Of a stretch of 64,000 bases of DNA, positions 23,829 to 35,078 are shown piece after piece. The notes beneath the pieces were generated by a model. The model was given only the letters and a program-made list of their open reading frames with translations, was not told the origin of the DNA and did no database searches. Source of the stretch: an uncultured Verrucomicrobiae bacterium (GTDB taxonomy: Bacteria > Verrucomicrobiota > Verrucomicrobiia > Chthoniobacterales > Chthoniobacteraceae); assembly GCA_963769025.1 (NCBI GenBank), contig CAVYKI010000003.1, positions 320,001-384,000 on the forward strand, given 5' to 3'. The translations under genes were made by a program, and so were the position numbers. Every line of letters begins with the position of its first letter. The stretch's first letter is position 1.

Positions 23829-23877
23829 GAGGAGGGAAATGATTCGTACGTGTGCGGGGAAGGGATGATTCCTTTGA

Positions 23878-26742
23878 TCAGAGCCGCCCCGGAACGCGCG
23901 CGGGCGATGGCAGCGGCGCGATGGGAAGTCCTTCGCGGATGATTTCGATGCCGCTCAGGACTGTTTCGCCGACGTGCGGCGTGAGTGCGACGGTCAGCGT
24001 GCCGTCCGTCACGGAGACTTTCGGAATGGTCTTCGTGAGGGCGCGCATCACGCCGCCCGATTCGGCAAACACGTCGAACTTTTCCAGCGCGACATTGTTC
24101 TGCACGCGCACGTCGAAGCGACGGGCACCCGTTTTCCCCGCAGCGTCGGGCTCGGCGAAGACCAGACGCACCACGTAGGTCGCGGCTTTCAGGCCGGAGA
24201 CGGTCACGGTGCGCAGACCTTTGCAACCCGAGGCGGCGACCCACGGCCAGCCTTCGCCGCCTTCGATCCAGACGGAGTGACGGTAGTACATTTCCGGTGC
24301 GGCGGGCTCGGTGCGCACCGCGATTTCGGGCGATGGCCCGCCGACGGATGGGTGGTCGAGCCACAGCGTGCCGTCGTCGGTCTTGCGATCGCCGGGCGCG
24401 CCGAAGTTCACGCCGATGCGCTCGATCTTCCCCGCGAGCGCAGCGCCCGGGACCGCGCCCCATGAAGTCCATTGCTCGAAAGTGGGCGGCAGGCTCACGA
24501 GCGAGAGCGCCATCGGCAGCGGATAGCTGCATGTGCAGCCCTCGTAAAAATATGGCACGTTCAGAAGGCCGTTTGCGGGCACGATGCTGTTCGTGCAGCC
24601 GGAGCGCGGGCCGCTGATGTGGATCGTGCCACTGTCGAGCCGCTTGTCGTAAAACGCCGCGGTGCCCGAGCGCATCGTGTAGATGAGCCCGTAATCGAAG
24701 CCGCCGTCGCAGCCGTAGCTCTTCGGAAAGACACGCAGTTCGCTCTGCCCCGTGAGCGGATCGGTGCGCATCCCCGCTTTCGGCGCATCGGGCTTCCAAT
24801 CATTTTTCTGCTGCGGCGGACGGTACTGGCTCGGCTGGATCGTCTGGAGATCCAGTGTGGAAAAACTTTTGCGCACGTCCGCGGCCTCGCCCTCGGCGAG
24901 AACGCGGCCCGTGTAAACATCGCTGAAGACCGGCGGCAGGAGGCGGTAGTCCACCGCGCCCTTCCGCGTGGAGGCGTCGAGCCAGTCCTTGTCGGAGGTG
25001 ATCATGACGCCATCGACGAACTTCGGCTGCGGCGAGCGTTTGAAGTGGCCGAGGGTGTCGTCGAACCACAGCACGCCGAGCGGTGCTTTCACCAGAGCGT
25101 CCTCGCTGGGCGACCAGTCGCCTGTGTAGTTCGTGCTGCCCTCGAGCGCGCCCTCGCGCGTGATCACCGCGAGGCCGTTCACGTGCGCTTTGATTTCTGC
25201 GCGCGGGAGGCGGGCGGCTTTTGCAATTTCGAGGAGCGCCGCCGGACCGACGAGACGGCCACCGTAGGGCCGCAGCCATGCGTAGATTCGTTCCAGCGCG
25301 GCGGCATCGGGCAGCGGCGCATCGGGCGCGATCACAACGAGATTGGCGAAGTAGGGCGGCAGGCCCGAGGCGGCGGGCGCGATCTGGCGCGAGGCGACGC
25401 GTTCACCGTAGAGGCCGGCAGCGACCAGGCGTTGCCGCGCGGATTGGATGTCCGTTCCCGCCGGCGCGAGGCCGAGAATCTTGAATTGGCTTTGTGCTGC
25501 GAGTGCTTCGACGAAAGCGTCCGCACCCAATCCCACGACCACGGCATGTCCGCGCTCCGCCCCGCAGGCGGCCAACACCTTTTCGGCGTCACCGCCGTCG
25601 GACTTTGGCGCAAGCTTCTCCTGCTTCCAATGCTTCGCTTTGCCCTGTGCATTATCCTGCGCCGCGAGCGCGAAAAGCTGCCCGTCTTCGGTGACGACAA
25701 AGCATTTTTCATCAGCCGCGATTACACTGTGCACCTTGCCCGAAACGCCGGGAAACGGTTCGTCGAAGCTCCACTCGCGGTCGCCGGCGCGCAGGCTGCG
25801 ACGGATGCCGGGCAGGCCTTCCTCACGCGGTTTGTCCTCGTGGCGCTTGGCGTTGACCTCGCTGTCGAAGAGCAGTCCGCGCCGTTTCAGCTTCTGCTCT
25901 TCCTTCGCATCCGGAGTCGAGGCGAACCATCCGCCGGGGAGTCGTCCGGCGGCGGGCAGTGCGAACTCTTTCAGCACGCCCGTCGCGAGGTCGAAGCGCG
26001 CGGGATACGCGGAGCTGCTCGGCACGACGAGATCCGCGCCATCGATCAAGACGTAGCCCTGCGGTGCGACGCCGCCGAAGGCCTCGGCCTGGTGCGGATG
26101 CACGCCGTAGAGATAGCCCGTGCGGTCATTCAGCCAGAGGACGCGTCCTGTCGCGGCATCGAGGCAATATACGAAAACGCCTTCCAGCGGCCAGACGCCG
26201 GCGGCGAAATAGACGCGCCCGTCGCTCAGCACCGGGCCGCCGCGAATCGGCCACACGGAAATGAGCCGCCCATTTCCGAGGAGCTGGCGATCCGAAGGCA
26301 CGGCGCGCTTTTCCCACAGCAGCTTGCCGGTGTCCGCGGCGACGCATCGCAACACGCCGTCGTCCGAGCCGAAGATCACGCGGCCGTCGCCTGCGACAGG
26401 AGCAAAGCGCACCGGGCCGTCGGCAAACACCCGCCAGATTTCCGCGCCGGTTTCCGTGTCGTAGGCGGTGACACTGTCCTCGCGCGACGACGCGATGAAG
26501 AGGCGCTTGCCGAGGACGATGGGCTCGTAGCTGCGGTCGAACTGCAGGCGCACATCGCGATAGGCAGGCTTCAACGCCGGCAGGTCGCGTGTCCACAGCA
26601 CGGCCATCTTTTCCGGCAGCGCGGGCGTCACACTCGCCGTCCGCCCCGCGTCGGCCCGCCACATCGGCCAGTCCGCGGCGTCCACAAGGCGGCTCACGAG
26701 GAGAATGAATGCGAAAAGAAAGCGAGGAGGAACGGATTTCAC
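23878..26742 (-). CDS. PQQ/BamB-like beta-propeller protein with C-terminal malectin-like domain (paralogue 2)
   Basis: DWPMWRADAGRT, WPIRGGPV, KSYGC..RSGCT..CTCSY, NFGAPGDR, VRLVFAEP..RRFDV..LSGIE. Confidence 0.85.
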   Translation of the reverse strand: MKSVPPRFLFAFILLVSRLVDAADWPMWRADAGRTASVTPALPEKMAVLWTRDLPALKPAYRDVRLQFDRSYEPIVLGKRLFIASSREDSVTAYDTETGAEIWRVFADGPVRFAPVAGDGRVIFGSDDGVLRCVAADTGKLLWEKRAVPSDRQLLGNGRLISVWPIRGGPVLSDGRVYFAAGVWPLEGVFVYCLDAATGRVLWLNDRTGYLYGVHPHQAEAFGGVAPQGYVLIDGADLVVPSSSAYPARFDLATGVLKEFALPAAGRLPGGWFASTPDAKEEQKLKRRGLLFDSEVNAKRHEDKPREEGLPGIRRSLRAGDREWSFDEPFPGVSGKVHSVIAADEKCFVVTEDGQLFALAAQDNAQGKAKHWKQEKLAPKSDGGDAEKVLAACGAERGHAVVVGLGADAFVEALAAQSQFKILGLAPAGTDIQSARQRLVAAGLYGERVASRQIAPAASGLPPYFANLVVIAPDAPLPDAAALERIYAWLRPYGGRLVGPAALLEIAKAARLPRAEIKAHVNGLAVITREGALEGSTNYTGDWSPSEDALVKAPLGVLWFDDTLGHFKRSPQPKFVDGVMITSDKDWLDASTRKGAVDYRLLPPVFSDVYTGRVLAEGEAADVRKSFSTLDLQTIQPSQYRPPQQKNDWKPDAPKAGMRTDPLTGQSELRVFPKSYGCDGGFDYGLIYTMRSGTAAFYDKRLDSGTIHISGPRSGCTNSIVPANGLLNVPYFYEGCTCSYPLPMALSLVSLPPTFEQWTSWGAVPGAALAGKIERIGVNFGAPGDRKTDDGTLWLDHPSVGGPSPEIAVRTEPAAPEMYYRHSVWIEGGEGWPWVAASGCKGLRTVTVSGLKAATYVVRLVFAEPDAAGKTGARRFDVRVQNNVALEKFDVFAESGGVMRALTKTIPKVSVTDGTLTVALTPHVGETVLSGIEIIREGLPIAPLPSPARVPGRL

Positions 26743-26832
26743 TGGAGAAGTATGAAGCGCATACCTGCCGGACCGCTAATCCTTTGCTGACAACTCTTCC
26801 CCGTGGCACCGTCGCATTGCCATTTCCCTCCC

Positions 26833-27891
26833 ATGAATCGTTCTCGCCTGTCTGCCATCTGGATTTCGCTCGTGCTCAGCCTCGCGAGCGGCACCGCCGC
26901 GCGCGCGTGTCAGGTGCCGGTGTTCCGCTACGCCTTGGAGCGCTGGGCTCCGGCGGAATACCGCGTCTCCGTCCCATCTGCCGAGACCGTGCTGACCGAT
27001 GCGGAAAAAAAAGCGTTGGAACTTCTTCGGGCATCGCCGCGCGATGCGACGAATCCTGTGAATCTCGCAATCGAAGCCGATCCACCCCCACCCGGCGCGA
27101 GCGGTCCCGCGCAGTTTGTCCTCCATTATCCGCAGAAGGCGCGCGACCCGCGCAAGCAGGTGATCTGGCAGGCGCCGTTGACGGAACAGAACGTGCAGCG
27201 CCTCCTCGATTCCCCCCTGCGTCGCGAAATGCGAAGCCGCCTGCTCGCCGGGCAATCCGCCGTGTGGGTCCTCGTCGAAAGCGGCGACGCAGCGAAGGAC
27301 AATGCCGCCGCCAGCGTGATGACCGCCGCACTCGATCATGCGCAATCGTCGCTCAAGCTCCCCGATGGCGTGATCCCTGCCAGCGAGGCAGCCAAAGGCG
27401 CCGGCGCGAAAGGCAACGAACAGGCGGACGCGCTCCGCTCCGATCTGCCGCTGAAGATCGAATTCTCCCTCCTGCGGCTTCAGCGCAATGATCCCGCAGA
27501 GGCGACGCTGCTCGCGATGCTCACGCACTTGGAAGACGACCTGGTCGATCTTGCCAGCGAGCCGATGGTGTTTCCCGTCTTCGGTCGCGGACGCGTGATC
27601 GAGCCGCTCATCGGTGCCGGCATCACCAAGGAAAATGTGATGGAGCATTCCGGCTATCTTTGCGGCGCGTGCTCCTGCGAAGTCAAAGACCAGAACCCCG
27701 GGATCGATCTCCTCGTCGCCGCGAATTGGGAACCGGTGGACACCACGCCAAAGCTCGAGATCATCCGCATCGCACCGGAAGCCGCAGTGGTCCCTGCACG
27801 ACCGTCGATGCTCCTGCCCGCCGTGGGTGCCAGCGTCCTGCTGCTGGGCTGCGCGGCCTGGCTGCTCCGCCGGCGCGGAGCGGTGCAATGA
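26833..27891 (+). CDS. Secreted Cys-motif hypothetical protein with C-terminal membrane anchor
   Basis: Signal peptide then CQVPVFRYALERW; FPVFGRGR; YLCGACSCEVKDQNPG; hydrophobic tail ending LLRRR. Confidence 0.75.
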   Translation: MNRSRLSAIWISLVLSLASGTAARACQVPVFRYALERWAPAEYRVSVPSAETVLTDAEKKALELLRASPRDATNPVNLAIEADPPPPGASGPAQFVLHYPQKARDPRKQVIWQAPLTEQNVQRLLDSPLRREMRSRLLAGQSAVWVLVESGDAAKDNAAASVMTAALDHAQSSLKLPDGVIPASEAAKGAGAKGNEQADALRSDLPLKIEFSLLRLQRNDPAEATLLAMLTHLEDDLVDLASEPMVFPVFGRGRVIEPLIGAGITKENVMEHSGYLCGACSCEVKDQNPGIDLLVAANWEPVDTTPKLEIIRIAPEAAVVPARPSMLLPAVGASVLLLGCAAWLLRRRGAVQ

Positions 27892-27966
27892 GCGGCGTTT
27901 CGTAAACTGCAGGCAGAGCCCCGTCCGGCCGTCCATTCTCCCCACTCCTTTCCACCGCCACGTCCG

Positions 27967-30900
27967 ATGTTATCCCGTCCCCATTCCCTTCCCGCCGCGT
28001 TCGCGCTTTTCCTCGTCTCCCTCACGATCTCAAACGCGGAGGACTGGCCGATGTGGCGCTACGACGCGGGACGCACGGCGGCTTCATCGGAAAAACTCGC
28101 CGTCCGCTCTGCACCTGCAGTGGGAACGGAAGTACGCGCCGCGGGTGCAGGTCTGGGACGACCCGCTCAATCACGACCTGATGACTTACGACAAGGTCTC
28201 GAGCCCGTCGTCCTCGGCAGCCGCGTGTTCATCGGCTTCAACGACATGGACAAGGTGGTCGCGCTGGACTTGGAAACCGGCAGGGAGCTCTGGACTTTTT
28301 TCACCGGCGGCCCCGTGCGGATGCCGCCAGTCGCGTGGAAGGACAAGGTCTACGTCACCAGCGACGACGGTTTTCTCTACTGCCTCTCCGCCGCCGATGG
28401 CGCGCTGCTCTGGTCGTTCCGCGGCGGTCCGTCCGACCGCAAGGCGCTCGGCAACGGGCGTCTCGTCTCCGCATGGCCGGCGCGTGGCGGGCCGGTGATT
28501 CGTGACGGCCAGGTCTATTTCGCCGCCAGCATCTGGCCGTTCATGGGCACATTCCTTTACGCGCTGGATGCGGAAACCGGAAAGGTCATCTGGGTCAATG
28601 ACGGCACCGGTTCGCAGTTCATCAAGCAGCCGCACAGCGCGCCGTCATTTGCCGGCGTGGCCCCGCAGGGCGCCCTGGTCGCCACGGAAAAAATGCTCGT
28701 CGTCCCTGGCGGACGCTCCGTGCCTGCCGGTTTCGATCGCAAGACGGGCGCGCTCGTCCACTTCAATCTCAACGACGGCGGCAAGGGCAACGGCGGATCC
28801 TTCGTCGCTGCGGGCGAGAAGAATTTCTACGTCCACACGCGGCTCCGCGGCGTCCGCACCTATGATCTGCCGACGGGCAAGGCGTCGAAGTCCACCTGCA
28901 ACGAGCCCGTCATCGCCGGCGACCGCCTGTATTCCGCTGCGGAATCGAAGGAAGGCACCGCCGTCGTGCGCGAACTTGGCACCAGCGACAAAATCAACTG
29001 GGAGATCGAGGCGGACGCCTCGGGCGATCTGATCAAGGCCGGCGATCATCTTTACGCCGCCGGGAAAAACGGCATCACCGCCATCCGCCTGCCGGAGGCG
29101 AATGGAGCGCCTTCGATCGCGTGGACACTCCCCGTGCAGGGCGAAGTCCTCCGCCTGCTCGCGGCGAACGGCAAACTCATCGCCGTCACGATGGATGGCC
29201 GCATCCTGGTCTTTGGCGACAAGGCCGTGCCGCATCAAAATGCGATGACCGGGACGGCAATCGCGCTCCAACCCGCTCCGGTTGCCGTCGCGAAAGCGCG
29301 GGAGTTGCTGAAGCTCGCGACAGAACCCGCAAGGCTCCATCCTCTGCCACGGCACCGATGATTGGGAACTCATCGAGGCGCTGATCCACGAGTCGGCGAT
29401 GCAGATCGTCATCGTCGAACCGGACGCCGCCAAGGTGGAGACGCTGCGCCGCCGGCTCGATGCCGCAGGACTGAACGGCATCCGCGCGACCGTGCATCAC
29501 GGCACGCCGACGTCGTTCATGCCGCCGCAATATTTCGCACAACTCGTCGTCGTCAGTCCTTCCGCGGCGGCATCGCTGAAGGACGAGACGGTGCTCCGGC
29601 AGGTGTATCAGGGCGTGCGTCCGTACGGCGGCGTGCTGTGCCTGCCGTCAGCGGATCCGGAGTTTCCCGAGCTCGTCAAAAAGACCGCGCTCGAACAGGC
29701 CACGCTGCGCCGGCGGAAAATCACCTCCTCGTCGTCCGCGAAGGAGCGCTGCCGGGTTCGGCCGACTGGACGCATCAGTATGGCGACATCGGCAACACCG
29801 TGAAATCCGACGACCGTCTCGTGAAGGCGCCGCTCGGCATCCTGTGGTTTGGCGGCAGCTCGAACCTCGACGTGCTGCCGCGCCACGGCCACGGACCGCC
29901 CGAGCAGATCGTCGGCGGACGCCTTTTCATCGAGGGCATGAACAGCATCAGCGCGCGCGATGTGTACACCGGCAGCGTGCTGTGGAAACACGACTTCGGC
30001 GATCTCGGCACGTTCGGGATCTATTACAACGAGACCTACGCGGACACGCCGCTGAGCACGGCCTACAATCAAAAGCACATCCCCGGAGCGAATGGCCGCG
30101 GCAGCAATTACGTCGCCACCGCCGACACCGTCTATGTCGCCGTCCGCGGCGAATGCCACGCGCTCGACGCCCGCACCGGAGCGGTCCGCCAAAAGATCCA
30201 ACTCCGCCCGCAGCGGGACACGACCGCTCCCGCGGACTGGGGCTTCATCGGCGTGCTCGACGACGTCCTGCTCGGCGGCGACGGCTTCGCGCACTACAGC
30301 CTCAAACTCGGTGCCGCCGCCACGCTCAAAGCGACGCCCATCGACGACTACTCCGCCAGCGACGGCCTCGCCGCCTTTGACCGGCACACGCGGCACACTG
30401 CTCTGGCGCGTGAAGGCGCGGCACAGCTTCCTGCACAATGGCATCGTCGCCGGCAACGGCCGCATCTACTGCCTCGACAAGCTCACCACGTATGCCGAAG
30501 GGCTGCTCAAGCGCCGCGGCACCCCGATGCCCGCCGACTATCGCATCGTCGCGCTCGACGCGCAAACCGGAACCGTGCTTTGGGAGCAGACAGGCGAACA
30601 TCTTCGGCACGTGGCTCGGCTACTCCAAACAGAACGACATCCTGCTCCAGGCCGGAGCAAAAGCCAGCGACCGCCTCGCCAGCGAAGTCGGCGACGGAAT
30701 GATCGCCTATCGCGGCGGCGACGGCGGCATCCTCTGGCAGGATCTGAAAAACAAATACACCGGCCCCTGCATCCTGCACAACGACCTCATCTTCACCGGC
30801 GCGAATTCCTACGCGAATTCGAACGGCGTCCTCAATCTGAAGGACGGCAAGCCGCATCTCGTGCGCAATCCGCTCACCGGAAAAATGGAGCCGTGGCGCA

Positions 30901-31869
30901 TCAATCGCACGTATGGATGCAACACCGTCGTCGCGAGCGAAAACCTGCTCACCTACCGCTCCGGCGCCGCGGGATTCTACGACCTCGAAACCATGAGCGG
31001 CACGGCGAACCTCGGCGGCTTCAAGTCCGGCTGCACCTCGAACCTCGTCGTCGCGAACGGCGTGCTCAATGCGCCCGACTACACGCGCACCTGCACCTGC
31101 TCGTATCAAAACCAGACGTCGCTCGCGCTCGTCCACATGCCCGAGATCGAGATGTGGACCTACAGCCAGTTCGGGCTCGACGGCAAGGACGGCGAGCGCA
31201 TCCAGCGCGTCGGGATCAATTTCGGCGCGCCCGGCGATCGCCGCGCACCCGACGGCACGCTCTGGCTCGAATATCCCGACTACCGACGACGGCATCTCGC
31301 CCGGACTCGCCATCGAGATCAAGGGCGGCAAGGTCGACTGGTTTCGCCGCCACTCCTCGCAGATCACCGGCACGTCACTTCCGTGGGTGGGTGCGTCCGG
31401 ATTCACCGGAGCCGTCGAGATCATCATCCGCCCCGCGCTCCGGAAAGGGGAGCTGAAGAAGCCGCCGACATCCAAGAAGAAGAGCGACGACGATGACGAT
31501 GAACCTGCCGGCGTGATCGCGAAGATCGTGAGCAAGCTGTCCACGCCGCCAATCACGCCGGCGGTGAAACCGGCGGCGAAGCCCGTCGCCCCCGCTGCCC
31601 TTCCGCCAGCCCGCTACACGGTGCGCCTGCACTTCGCGGAGCCCGACGACCTCGCCGCGGGCAAGCGCGTCTTCTCCGTCGCACTCCAAGGCAAAAATGT
31701 CCTCGGAAATTTCGACATCGCCCGCGAAGCCGGAGCGTCGGCGAAAACACTCGTGCGCGAGTTTCCCGCCGTCGTCATCGGCAACGCCCTCAGCATCCGG
31801 CTCACGCCATCGGCCGGTTCCACAGCGGCTCCCGTCCTTTGCGGGGTCGAATTGGTCGCCGAGAAATAA
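27967..31869 (+). CDS. PQQ/BamB-like beta-propeller + malectin protein (paralogue 3), several frameshifts
   Basis: DWPMWRYDAGRT, WPARGGPV, WTHQYGD, RTYGC..KSGCT..CTCSY, NFGAPGDR, VRLHFAEP. Frame changes near 28100, 28198, 29330, 29715, 30390, 30595 and 31280. Confidence 0.8.
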
Positions 31870-31884
31870 GCCGCGGCAGCACCG

Positions 31885-32727
31885 TCAGGATCGGCCGCGT
31901 GCGGACGCTCCGAGGGCGCCGGCTACTTCGAGGAAGACGAGCTCCTTGATCCCCTCGGGCGTGAAATCGCGGTCGGTGTACTTCACGTCGTGCTTGATTT
32001 TCGAGCCGTCCAGTTCGGTGACCGAGTCGGCGCTCCGGCCACGAACGGTCATGTTGGCGGGGATGAACCGGTCGATGTCGTCGTTCGCCACCTTGGTAGT
32101 CTCGATGCGGCGGGCGAGTTTTCCAGAAGGCGTATATTTTTCGACACGGAGCGGGACGAGGCGGCGGGTGTCCACCCACGAACGCACGCTGCCGTAGGTG
32201 GAGCTCTGGCCTTTGCCCGGTTTCGATTCGAGAATCTGGCAGCTCACGCGGTCCACGACTTCGGTGCCGACGATGGCCTGCCGATCCCACGCGAAGAAGT
32301 TTTCGATGACATCCTCATACGTCAAATCACTGCCGAACAGCGCGTCACTCATCTGTTCGGCCGAAAGCGAACGGACCGAATCCGGCGGCTGGAAAAGTGA
32401 ACCGGTCGCGGAACGGTCGCCGATCCTTTTCAGGAGGACCGCCTCGCCCTTCCGCTCCCGGGGCCAGAGGACCTGGTAAACAACTTCGGATGCCGCCTTC
32501 GTGCGGCGCTGTTTGATCTGGAGTTGAAGTGCACTCTTCGTAGAGCCGGTCACATCGAGCCGGAGTCGCACGTAGGATGAGCCATCCTGCTGGGCGGCGC
32601 TGAGCCGCGCGGCGAGCTCGGCCGCTGACATGGCCGGCGCACTGTCCGCAGCGCGGACGGAAAAATTGCCGAGCACGCAGCAAAGGATGGCGGCAGGCAG
32701 ACAAAGGTGGGTCGGGCGGATTTTCAT
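31885..32727 (-). CDS. Outer-membrane lipoprotein-sorting (LolA-like) protein
   Basis: Signal peptide; RKGEAVLL, LFGSDLTYED, CQILESKP, VRSWVD..PLRVEKY. Confidence 0.8.
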   Translation of the reverse strand: MKIRPTHLCLPAAILCCVLGNFSVRAADSAPAMSAAELAARLSAAQQDGSSYVRLRLDVTGSTKSALQLQIKQRRTKAASEVVYQVLWPRERKGEAVLLKRIGDRSATGSLFQPPDSVRSLSAEQMSDALFGSDLTYEDVIENFFAWDRQAIVGTEVVDRVSCQILESKPGKGQSSTYGSVRSWVDTRRLVPLRVEKYTPSGKLARRIETTKVANDDIDRFIPANMTVRGRSADSVTELDGSKIKHDVKYTDRDFTPEGIKELVFLEVAGALGASARGRS

Positions 32728-32773
32728 GGCGGTGCGTTTCGGTAAAGGTTCGTCGTGCGAGGCATGCCATGCA

Positions 32774-33883
32774 TCAGGCGCAGACCGGGAGGTGGTTTTT
32801 CTCGTAAACTTCGACGTCGTAAATGTTACCGGACCCCACAAGCGATGAGTGGCGGAAATTCGCCGAAGCCAGGAGACAGCGCAGATTCTCCCTGCTGCGG
32901 TAGTTAAATTTCCTCCCAAACAATTCCAAAATGCGCGTGCTGGCCTCGTCCCGGTAGGTGTTGATGATCAGATGGGATTCGGGCGTCGTCATTGCGTGCA
33001 ATCTCGCTGCCAGATCCTGCGCCGTGGCCGAAGCGTCCGTCGGCTCGAGTTTGAGCCGCTGCTCGGTGGTGGCGTAGGAAAAGCCCTGAAAATACTCCAG
33101 GATGCCCATTGCGGTGACCACATCATACTTTGCCGGACCCTCCTGCCCGTGATCCGCGAAAATGTCCTCGGTCTCCGCTGAAATCCCGTGGCCCTTGCTG
33201 TGGCAAAATTTCGCCCCCTTGGTCGTCGCGAGTTTTTCCAGCAGGCGGTTCGCCTTTTCGATGTTCCCCTGCTCCCGGTCGGTGATGATCGCGGTGATCA
33301 GCTCGGGCCTGTAGCCATCCCGAACGAGCCTGTCGTATGCGAGGATCATGCTCAGGCCGGTGCCCGCCGCCACCGCTTTCAGGCGGACCCGCTCGCCTCG
33401 GTCGAGCCAGCGCTTCGCGGCATCGTACGTCGCCCGCGTTTCCCATGCGAGCCGGAGCTGCACGTCCTTCCCCTGGACCGAGTCAAAAAAGATCCGATCC
33501 CACATTCCGCCGTTCATCCTGAGCTCGGGCGCGATCATCATGTAGTGGCCGTTCATCGGATCTCCTTCGATCAAGGCCGCATTTTCCTTCCTGGAAGATC
33601 CCATCAGCGACCCGGCGAAACCATGCTTGCACCGTTTGAGGATGGCATTGGTGAAGACCGCAACTCCGGCGTTTCCCTCGCCCACGCCCCTCTCGGATTT
33701 CGTCGTCAATCGGAGGATCTGGTAAAAAGCCCTGGCGAAAGTTCTCCGGATGCGCCCGGCAGGCCTCTTGTCCTTGGTGGTGAAGATGACGCGGCTCAGG
33801 CTCGCGACGATCGATTCCGAAGATTCATGGTGGTCGGCGGAATAGAGTGCCGCGACCGCTTCCAAGGGCTGGAAATTTTTCAT
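32774..33883 (-). CDS. Putative class I SAM-dependent methyltransferase-like protein
   Basis: LKAVAAGTG (motif I-like), IITDRE (acidic motif II), YDVVTAMGILEY; N-terminal half not recognised. Confidence 0.6.
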   Translation of the reverse strand: MKNFQPLEAVAALYSADHHESSESIVASLSRVIFTTKDKRPAGRIRRTFARAFYQILRLTTKSERGVGEGNAGVAVFTNAILKRCKHGFAGSLMGSSRKENAALIEGDPMNGHYMMIAPELRMNGGMWDRIFFDSVQGKDVQLRLAWETRATYDAAKRWLDRGERVRLKAVAAGTGLSMILAYDRLVRDGYRPELITAIITDREQGNIEKANRLLEKLATTKGAKFCHSKGHGISAETEDIFADHGQEGPAKYDVVTAMGILEYFQGFSYATTEQRLKLEPTDASATAQDLAARLHAMTTPESHLIINTYRDEASTRILELFGRKFNYRSRENLRCLLASANFRHSSLVGSGNIYDVEVYEKNHLPVCA

Positions 33884-33961
33884 TGGGAATCTCGCTGCGT
33901 CGCCGGACTGAACGGAACCAAGCCGGCTGCTGGCTGAGGAGGGAACGATAGGCAGGATCGG

Positions 33962-35077
33962 CTACCCGTAAAGGGCCAGACTGGGCGAAAGTCGCGAACT
34001 GCGCCATGCCGGATACAATCCGCTGAGGATTCCGACCGCGACGGCGATGGCCACGGAGATGAGCACGAGGTCGGGGCCAAAGTCCGGCTCCAGCAGTCCG
34101 CGCACAGCCGGCGTCGTTTCGAGGACCTTCAGTCCGATGGCGCCCATGATCACGCCGGTCACGCCACCCAGCAATCCGAGCAGGGCGGACTCACACAGCA
34201 CCATGTAAACAATGCGCCGCCGCTTCCACCCGACGGCCAGGAGGATGCCGATTTCGTGGGTCCGCTCGAACACGGTCATCAGCATCGTATTCATCACGCC
34301 GAGAATGCCGACCACGATGGCAAGGATCGAAGTGCTCCAGCTCATGGCCCTCGCGATTTGGAATCCCTGGCTGGTGCCGACCACTTCCCGCGCCACCATC
34401 GCGCGCCCTTCCGGAAAGATTTCCTTAATCGTGCCGCAAAGCGCGGCCACCTCGTCTTTCGTCGTGTTGGGGATGACGCGGATATCGATGAAATTGATCT
34501 TTCCTTGGTTCTCCGTGACCTCCTGCAGGACGGGAAGGGCGAGGATGATCGCGCCATTCTCCACCACGGCCTGACCATCCACGATTCCCACCACTGGCAA
34601 TTCCGCGGCCTCGATCTGCACCGTGTCACCCACCTTTTTCTTGAGCACTTCAGCCGCCAACCGGCCCAGGACGACCGCGCGCTCACTGGCGTCGCGCGGC
34701 AGTCTTCCTTCGATCACTTTCACCTGATCCCATGTGAACCCGCCCCACTCTCGCCCGGAAACCATCATCATCGGCGCATCCTCGATGCTCAGCATTTGCA
34801 TCAAGACGGAAGTCACTTCCGAGACCCGCGGCAGCTTGGCGATCCGGTCCTTTAGCGACTCATCGTACACCTTCGGCATGATGCCTCCGCTCATGTTGCT
34901 CACCACCACGTCGATACCCATCACGTCCAGTTGCTTGGTGATGCTCTTCTCGTAACCCCACGCCATCCCGACCAGCGCCACGACCGCCGCGATGCCGATG
35001 GAGATGCCCACCAGCGTGAGCGCCGTGCGCACCGGGCGCCGCAGCAGCCCCCGCACGATGATGGTGAAAAAGGTCAT
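33962..35077 (-). CDS. ABC transporter permease, MacB/LolE/FtsX family
   Basis: RTALTLVGISIGIA, MNTMLMTVFERTHEIGILLAVGW, YPAWRSSRLSP. Confidence 0.92.
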   Translation of the reverse strand: MTFFTIIVRGLLRRPVRTALTLVGISIGIAAVVALVGMAWGYEKSITKQLDVMGIDVVVSNMSGGIMPKVYDESLKDRIAKLPRVSEVTSVLMQMLSIEDAPMMMVSGREWGGFTWDQVKVIEGRLPRDASERAVVLGRLAAEVLKKKVGDTVQIEAAELPVVGIVDGQAVVENGAIILALPVLQEVTENQGKINFIDIRVIPNTTKDEVAALCGTIKEIFPEGRAMVAREVVGTSQGFQIARAMSWSTSILAIVVGILGVMNTMLMTVFERTHEIGILLAVGWKRRRIVYMVLCESALLGLLGGVTGVIMGAIGLKVLETTPAVRGLLEPDFGPDLVLISVAIAVAVGILSGLYPAWRSSRLSPSLALYG

Positions 35078-35078
35078 G

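Noticed and set aside
18942..26790. Long plus-strand ORFs (771 and 772 aa) and similar shadows elsewhere
   Set aside because: Antisense to motif-bearing genes; expected in high-GC DNA; no motifs of their own
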